Positions 8,914 to 14,592 of a DNA stretch of 14,592 bases are shown piece by piece; position 1 is the first letter of the stretch, and every line of letters starts with the position of its first letter. A model generated the notes under the pieces. The model worked only from the letters and a program-made list of their open reading frames with translations. It did no database searches and had not been told where the DNA came from. The stretch lies in the NCBI GenBank assembly GCA_043228905.1, contig JBHGNT010000854.1, positions 1 to 14,592 on the forward strand, read 5' to 3'. This DNA comes from Azolla caroliniana. Taxonomy: Eukaryota > Plantae > Polypodiophyta. Made by a program: the position numbers and the translations under genes.

Positions 8914-9309
8914 TGTTAAGAAGGCGCTCCGGCTCTTCTTAGTGCAACAACGGATCGTGATGTGCAGGATTGTTTAGGTTTCAAGGGAGAGAGAACGGGG
9001 GAAAGAGACTCACCTCTGTAGCAGCCCGAAAATGTTCTTTTTCATTACACAAAGAAAACCTCTCTTGTTTGTCTACTTACTTCTCTTCTTACTTTACTCT
9101 CCGACTCATTCTTATTTTTTTTTACCTAAGTATATAAGTGACTTACATATTCAGCTAATTAGTTGTGATTACCTAATTAGCTGTGAGTAGCTAAATAGTT
9201 GTGAGCAGCTAAATAGATGTCTAATAGTAGTTAATTTCCTAATAGCTACTATAGAAGATCTCAGTTACCAATAAGCATCACATGCTTTTGTTGAGCTTGT
9301 TTCTTAACA
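8914..9309 (-). repeat. 5' LTR of the copia element (396 bp)
   Basis: TGTTAAGAA...TTCTTAACA forms a perfect 9-bp terminal inverted repeat. It is a direct repeat of 3918..4323. Confidence 0.97.
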
Positions 9310-9552
9310 CTTATGAGTTCTTCATTCTACCCGGCATTCGGCCCGGGGCAACATACGTCTCTGAGTTGTGCGCTCACCGTATGGCATCCGAGTAATTAAT
9401 CTAGATTAGATTACACGTCTGGACACCAATCCGGTGAAGTTATCAAGAGACCGATCTGGACAACCCTTCTTCTCTCGTTGGCTTCTTGGTTCGAGACCCC
9501 AGTGGTTCCTCCCCGCTCCAACACATACATGTGGATTACCGCGACAACACGC

Positions 9553-10330
9553 TCTTCGGGTGTTTTCCCTGTGAAATCGACAACTGCTAAGGTCGTCTAC
9601 AGGGGCTCGCGAAGGGCCAACAAAAATGTCTCTTTAAGCTCATCAACTAGGGGTGGCTATGTCAGCTGTCGCCGGAGTCTTTGGAAGTGTATGACAAACT
9701 ACGGGACGGTCTCATGAGTCTCTTGTCAAATAGTGTAAAACTGACTCATCAACTCTCGTTGTGGGATCTGATGATGAAACAGTCGGAGGAACTTGTCCTT
9801 TAATGTTTGAAATATGGGAATTCTGCTAGGTCGCCTTGCGAATACCAATTCGCCGCTTGCCCATCCAGGAATAACCCAAACTCGGCTATCTTTGACACAT
9901 TTGTGTCCTCCGCTGCTAGCGCTGAGATGGTTGGCCTCCCATGTTGTCAAGAAGGCACGAATGTGTGCCTCAACATTTGCTTCATAGTTGTACCGGGGAT
10001 AAGGGCACGACATTGTGTCGTATTCTTGATCGTCGAATGTGTCCTTGATGAGGTTGTTTTCGTGGTGTGTCATATGGTGGATGTGGTCATGGTGATCCAC
10101 CTCGGAACTATTGCCGCTAGTTGTGAAGAGTTCAAACTGCTCATTTGAGTGGGCTTTCTGATGCGTGGTGTGTCTGCTCGGTGAGCGTGGATTCCACCAA
10201 ACTTCCTTTGTGGTCTAACTATTGGACGTCCACTAGGGACTGGTCTGCGGACGCGACTACTATCGCATGTCAAGTTTGAGGGTTTCGTCTAGTCATCTCT
10301 TTGTTGCCGTGTCGACTAGACAACATCCAT
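9553..10330 (-). pseudogene. gag: Ty3/gypsy gag, N-terminal part and capsid domain, 3'-truncated
   Basis: An ATG at 10330, 27 nt after the PBS, is in frame with ORF 10070..10273 through two TAG stops. Across frameshifts it continues YPRYNYEANVEAHIRAFLTTWEANH, KIAEFGLFLDGQAANWYSQ, FQTLKDKFLRLFH, ELKETFLLALREPL. The LxGxAxxWY and FxxLKxxFLxxF patterns are retrotransposon gag motifs. Confidence 0.85.
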
Positions 10331-10357
10331 GCTCTTGTTGTTCTTTGTGTCTTCAGA

Positions 10358-10375
10358 GTCCCACTCGGAGTGCCA
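10358..10375 (-). other. Primer-binding site, probably tRNA-Arg type
   Basis: Minus strand GTAACA-CTTT-TGGCACTCCGAGTGGGAC resembles the TGGCACGCCCAGTGGGAC-type Arg PBS of plant non-chromovirus (Tat/Ogre-type) gypsy elements. The tRNA identity is from recall. Confidence 0.75.
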
Positions 10376-10379
10376 AAAG

Positions 10380-10901
10380 TGTTACTGGTCCTTTGGCAAC
10401 ATGGGGTCGGATATTCAGTCCTTTGGTATCCGACTCAAGGTCTTGTGGACAAGAGATTGGAGTGTAGGCTGAGATTGAAGCGAAAGATAATATCGTCAAC
10501 AACCAAGGTTTAAGTTATGTGGCCTTTTGGGTAATGGGTTGGGTCTACTCTGAGGTCTGTGGAGTTTCAAGACCAAGCCGGCTACAACCGACTTGCAGAC
10601 GTAATACACACTAGAGATTACATTTATTCGATACAACTCAGTACTCGACACAAGACACACAAAGTATGAGCAAACAGATATTCGATTAAAGATAGACTTA
10701 CTTGGCTAATGCAATATCCAACAACTTTTACAAAACTACATGACCCTTTTTATAGGGTATGGACGGTTACATTCTTTTAATACATGAAAAACAGTACTTC
10801 CTATAATTATGCATTACTTTTGGTTCTTCCTCTAGCCCCACTTCGACCCAAGTCTGTCCCCACAACCCTTTTCATACCTTGGTCGTCCTGGCAGGTGAAC
10901 A
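10380..10901 (-). mobile_element. 5' LTR (522 bp) of the gypsy element
   Basis: TGTTAC at 10380 and GTGAACA at 10901 (TGTT/AACA ends), with minus-strand TATAAAAAG at 10746..10754. The PBS and gag follow on the left, and LINE homology starts abruptly at 10902. Confidence 0.8.
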
Positions 10902-11200
10902 TTGTGGTGTGATGGCTTGATTGACTAGAGTTGGTGGTGTTGGAGATATCGCATTTTAGCTCAAAGTATAAGAAGTTATGATAAGCACCAATAGAGCATG
11001 GGGCCACCCAGAAGGAGTTAATCATGTGGGTAGCTTCAGGGCATCCTATTAGATAATCAATTGTGCTTTCCCCTCCTCCATGTGAGAAACATGTGAGCTC
11101 TTCCGAGCCTGACCACTTTGCTAAACCATTATATATGATCATGTGGTGCCAAATTCCAAGTTCAAGCAGATGATGGCCAAAGCTTGTGGAGTCTGCACCT
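10902..11200 (-). pseudogene. Non-LTR retrotransposon (LINE) AP-like endonuclease, C-terminal fragment
   Basis: GADSTSFGHHLLELGIWHHMIIYNG..LTCFSHGGGESTIDYLIG..GAYHNFLYFEL carries the GxxLL, IxNG, T, STIDY and degenerate (S/A)DH motifs at the spacing seen in LINE ORF2 endonucleases. Confidence 0.82.
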
Positions 11201-12353
11201 TAGAGAGAGGAATCATTTGATTGAGTGAAGTTAATTAAATAGACAGATAAATAAGAATCAAGGAAATTGACATCATGGGGATGCATTAAAGGAGAAGAAG
11301 GAATACAATTTGTTAATCATTCTTTGTACTATCCACTTTTCTATTCTACAAACCCCATCTTTTTAAAGGGGATCGCGAAATAAATATATGAACGGAAAAG
11401 TTATAACTTTTTATGTTTAAAGAGTTTATGGTACCACTTTTCTTTTTGCATAAATTTTATATATCAAAGAATCTCCAACACAAGCAAGGGTCACCTTTGA
11501 ACAACCTTCAGAAGTGTTATAGCATATGTTTTCCATTTGATTAAGCAAAGTGATTTGAAAGACACGACATTCTAAATATAAAATGACAAAATGGTAATTT
11601 GAACCTTCATTTTTAATTTATTGTCAAGTACCATGACAACATCTATGACGTCGTTACATTTACAACACATTATATATCACTTTATAATGTAGATTGTTCA
11701 TAGTGCATACTACATAGTACAATTTTTTGTACCACAACTTTTGAGACTTCATCTATATAAAACCATTCAAATCAATTTCATGACAACTACGACTAAATGC
11801 ACCTTTATTCAATGCATCTTCCCATTGTTTTCAACTCTACGATTGTGAAACGTGAATTTATAAAGGCCATGTTTCTATGGTGAAAATTGTAAGTAGGATG
11901 CTCCTAACATGTTGTAATCATGAAGAACTTTTATAAAACACAAGAAATATACCCAACCAATCATTGGACTTCTTAGGTTTGAAGTTGTTGTCTCAATGCC
12001 ATTTTCAAAATACCAATCAATAACTCCCTAGAAAAAAGAATAACGTCAATATGTTACTATTTATTTTGAAAAATTATCTTTATGTCTACTTAAAAAAGGT
12101 AACAATTTATTATATATTAGCGAGTTGAGTAAAGATTCTTCATTAACTATCCCTACTACATATCACAATTGCAATTATCCCCATATGTTGATTGTCATGT
12201 TGCGTGAAATTTATTATTCTTATTCATAATTGTAGCTATAAATAATAATCGCCACAATTAAATCCATCACTAACAAACTCTTTGAAAATTTTCATCTTCC
12301 AAGTTGTTCTCGGCAACCTAAACATATCTTTGTGTCATAATTATTACATTTCG

Positions 12354-12607
12354 ATCTACTATGACAACATCAGTAGTATGCAACTAGCGATGAATCCTGT
12401 CTTCCACGCTTGCACTAGCACATAGAAGTGCATTACCACTTTGTGCACAAGCGAGTCTTGGGTGGTGAGGTCGAACTCAGGTACATGTTCAGACCAATCG
12501 GCAAGTAGGCGACATAATTACCAAGGCCCTTGGCCTAAACAAGTTGCGGAATATTTCGGAGATGCTTGGGCTACAACATCTCGACATGTTGCACTTGAGG
12601 GGGAGAA
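12354..12607 (+). pseudogene. pol: Ty1/copia RNase H C-terminal fragment
   Basis: IYYDNISSMQLAMNPVFHACT, HIEVHYHFVHKRVLGGEVELRY, TNRQVGDIITKALG..LRGR, with frameshifts. Confidence 0.93.
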
Positions 12608-12955
12608 TGGATATGGATAAGAAGCCAGACAGGGGGAGACCGATAGAAAGAAACAACAACCATAAAGATGAGCCGCAACTAGCCGAACAACGAAGGGGAA
12701 GAGCCAACGAATCGGAGACCGCCAATTCGGATAATGTGAGCGATTCAGATGAGCTGAATCCGAAAGACTCTGAATGAGCAAGAGAGCAGCTGACGCCAAT
12801 ACCAATATGGGAGAGCCGATGGATTGAAGGGTGTCGGAGCCAAAGAGGTAGGAAGAAGGCTGACGAGGGCCAGTGGACGGGAGGAGGAGAGCTGACAGGA
12901 GGAGCCAGAACGGTGAACCAGTGGTGCAGACAAAGAAAACCCCCAGCTTGAGCTT

Positions 12956-12964
12956 GAGGGGGAG
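12956..12964 (+). other. Polypurine tract
   Basis: TTGAGCTT-GAGGGGGAG is followed by TATTGAG, in the same context as the PPT at 4324..4341. Confidence 0.8.
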
Positions 12965-13350
12965 TATTGAGAGAACAAGCTCAACAGGAGGTTGAAGCCG
13001 ACTCGGCAAGAGCCAGAAGGTTGAAGACGATTCCGCTATGGGTTGTAAGGGACAAAAGGACGACATGGCCATAAGGGCTGACAGGGCAACAAGGCCGTAA
13101 GGGTTGTAAGTGCCGTTAGGACGTATATTCCTAACTTAATAATAGGAATATTATAGGTTGATTAGTTGTCAGAGCTCATAAGTGAGCATTTAGTACTTGT
13201 GTCGGTACTTGAGTTAGCATGTTGTGAGAGGCTTGTATAAAGTGCTCTATGAGCACATTGTTTGTGATGAGGATGATTGTTTTGAATTGAATGTGCTCTC
13301 TCTCTCTCTCTCTATACTCTGTCTTCATCTCCAACCTTTGTGATTTTACA
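12965..13350 (+). mobile_element. 3' LTR (about 386 bp) of the copia remnant at 12354..13350
   Basis: It starts TATTGAG (probably a decayed TGTTGAG) right after the PPT. TATAAA is at 13236..13241, a (CT)9 tract at 13296..13313, and it ends TTTTACA at 13350 (13352 is also possible). There is no partner LTR in the window. Confidence 0.72.
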
Positions 13351-13594
13351 CAATGGCAAAGATTCAAACGTTGCACCCATATGTACTGCTTTATGTTACT
13401 CCTAATATGTTGTATTGCTTTAGATACCTTTTTATACTTCTTTACCTTAGGCTTATCTCTGCTACCTAAGCTAGAGAATTTACAAGCTCCATTTTAGGAT
13501 AACCAAAATTGCTTTGAACTATGTTTGTGCCCCAATCTATTGAGGTTCCACACTTTAATAGCCTACTTAAAAACTCCTCCCATATTTCTCCTTT

Positions 13595-14250
13595 GAGGGA
13601 GACCCTATTTCGCTCATGATTAAGCCTTACTATCAGGAATTGGACCAAATTCCTCCTGTCTTGGTTCTTGACTTTTACATATGCTTACCCATTTTCAAGC
13701 ACCTTGGTCTCCATTCAAGTTGTCCTGATGCATGGCTCCCCCAATATGATGGGATGAGAGGATGTCTCCTAGATAAAGAAATGTTGTTCTATTTCCACAT
13801 TTCATACCTTCACTCTTAAATTTGGAGCAAACACCATGTAACTACTTTGTCACTCTAGTCACCTCCTTTATCTCCCACTCATGTTTGGTGCTAATCAACC
13901 ATTTCCCCTTTTGGTAAAAGTCCATGGACATTAAATTGATCTTGAATCCATCAACAATCAATGCCACCATTGGCTCTTTCAATCCCCAATTCGCATCGGG
14001 TTTTTTGTTGACAATCTTGTTCAATGTGACCTTGAATAGTGACTATCCATGTAGCCTTCTTCAACCTTGAACGTGTCAATTGCCACCACATTCATGTTCA
14101 TGGGCCTCACCCCTTCTAGCTTAGTCAAATATCATTTTCTTTTCATTGTTTCAATAATGACTTCGTAGAATTACTTCTTTGCTATGCCAAGGACCTCTTG
14201 TAGAGTAAACTCTATGTGACTATTGATGATCCTTTCCTCCATCACTCGTT
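13595..14250 (-). pseudogene. Gag C-terminal/aspartic protease relic of a Ty3/gypsy-type retroelement
   Basis: MEERIINSHIEFTLQEVLGIAKK*FYEVIIETMKRK, EPMVALIVDGFKINLMS (decayed ALIDxGSEINLM active site), VEIEQHFFI*ETSSHPIILGEP (retropepsin IILGxP motif), VQFLIVRLNHERNR. Many stops. Confidence 0.8.
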
Positions 14251-14592
14251 GTCGCGAACTTACGTGCGTGCTTGTGAAATTTGACCACCAGGGAACATGG
14301 GTGACTTGAAGGCTTGTAAGAGTTGAAAGTTCCTAGCAGTTGAAAGATCACTAGACTCAAAGTTTCTTCAGACATGAAGTCTCATAAGAGTCGAACACTC
14401 TCTAGTGTTGATGGAAAGACAAAGTCGAAGGTAGGGCAGAGTCGAAGGTTAGGTAGAGTGGAACAACGATTATAGAATGGAACATGCTTTGAGGTCAGAA
14501 TCAAAATCTGAAAACTCTGTCATTGTCCTCGTGTCGAAGGCTTCGTGCCAGGTACTTAAACAAGGATTTGAACAAAATAGTGAAATAAAATT

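Larger units (their letters stand above)
3918..9309 (-). mobile_element. Structurally complete, coding-degenerate Ty1/copia LTR retrotransposon (5392 bp including a nested 756-bp solo LTR)
   Basis: Two direct-repeat LTRs with TG..CA ends, a PBS, a PPT and gag-PR-INT-RT-RH order. The 5-bp flanks CCCAT (3913..3917) and CTTAT (9310..9314) differ by two transitions, consistent with a decayed TSD. Confidence 0.97.

Noticed and set aside
3753-9420. ACGTCT at 3753..3758 and 9415..9420 as the TSD of a larger insertion
   Set aside because: A third copy lies at 9355..9360, the left inner end is CG rather than TG, and the joined flanks do not restore a recognisable frame.
10030-10100. His-rich stretch DHHDHIHHMTHH as a metal-binding protein
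   Set aside because: It lies in the low-complexity, frameshifted N-terminal part of the gypsy gag relic, and the true frame is uncertain.
12489-13072. Hydrophobic 184-aa antisense ORF 12518..13072 as an env-like or antisense gene
   Set aside because: Its Leu/Ser/Pro composition is what the complement of a GA-rich strand yields, it crosses the LTR boundary, and there is no conservation evidence.
13565-13582. Minus-strand GGAGTTTTTAA as a -1 frameshift site after the protease
   Set aside because: It is not a canonical X XXY YYZ heptamer, and the region is too decayed to fix frames.

Overview
This window is a plant-type nested retrotransposon graveyard with no recognisable host gene; none of the supplied ORFs is an intact gene. 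The centrepiece is a structurally complete but coding-dead Ty1/copia LTR retrotransposon on the minus strand (3918..9309). It has LTRs of 406 and 396 bp, about 93% identical by manual alignment, plus a Met-type PBS and a PPT. Its gag is split by a 756-bp solo LTR with a perfect TATAT target-site duplication, and its RT/RNase H carries an in-frame deletion. To the left lie an LTR fused to a second partial copy of itself (20..819), a copia RT fragment, an internally deleted plus-strand copia and a gypsy-like gag fragment. To the right lie the 5' end of a Ty3/gypsy element (gag, Arg-type PBS, LTR) inserted in a LINE endonuclease, an unassigned AT-rich kilobase, the 3' end of another copia, and a gypsy-like gag/protease relic. 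I found no convincing new biological system. The most notable observations are an apparent self-insertion beside an LTR TATA box, three deletions whose junctions read as both flanking protein motifs (microhomology), a hairpin around the PPT/LTR junction shared by two copia families, and a duplicated PPT. All calls come from reading the sequence and recognising motifs; no searches were run.
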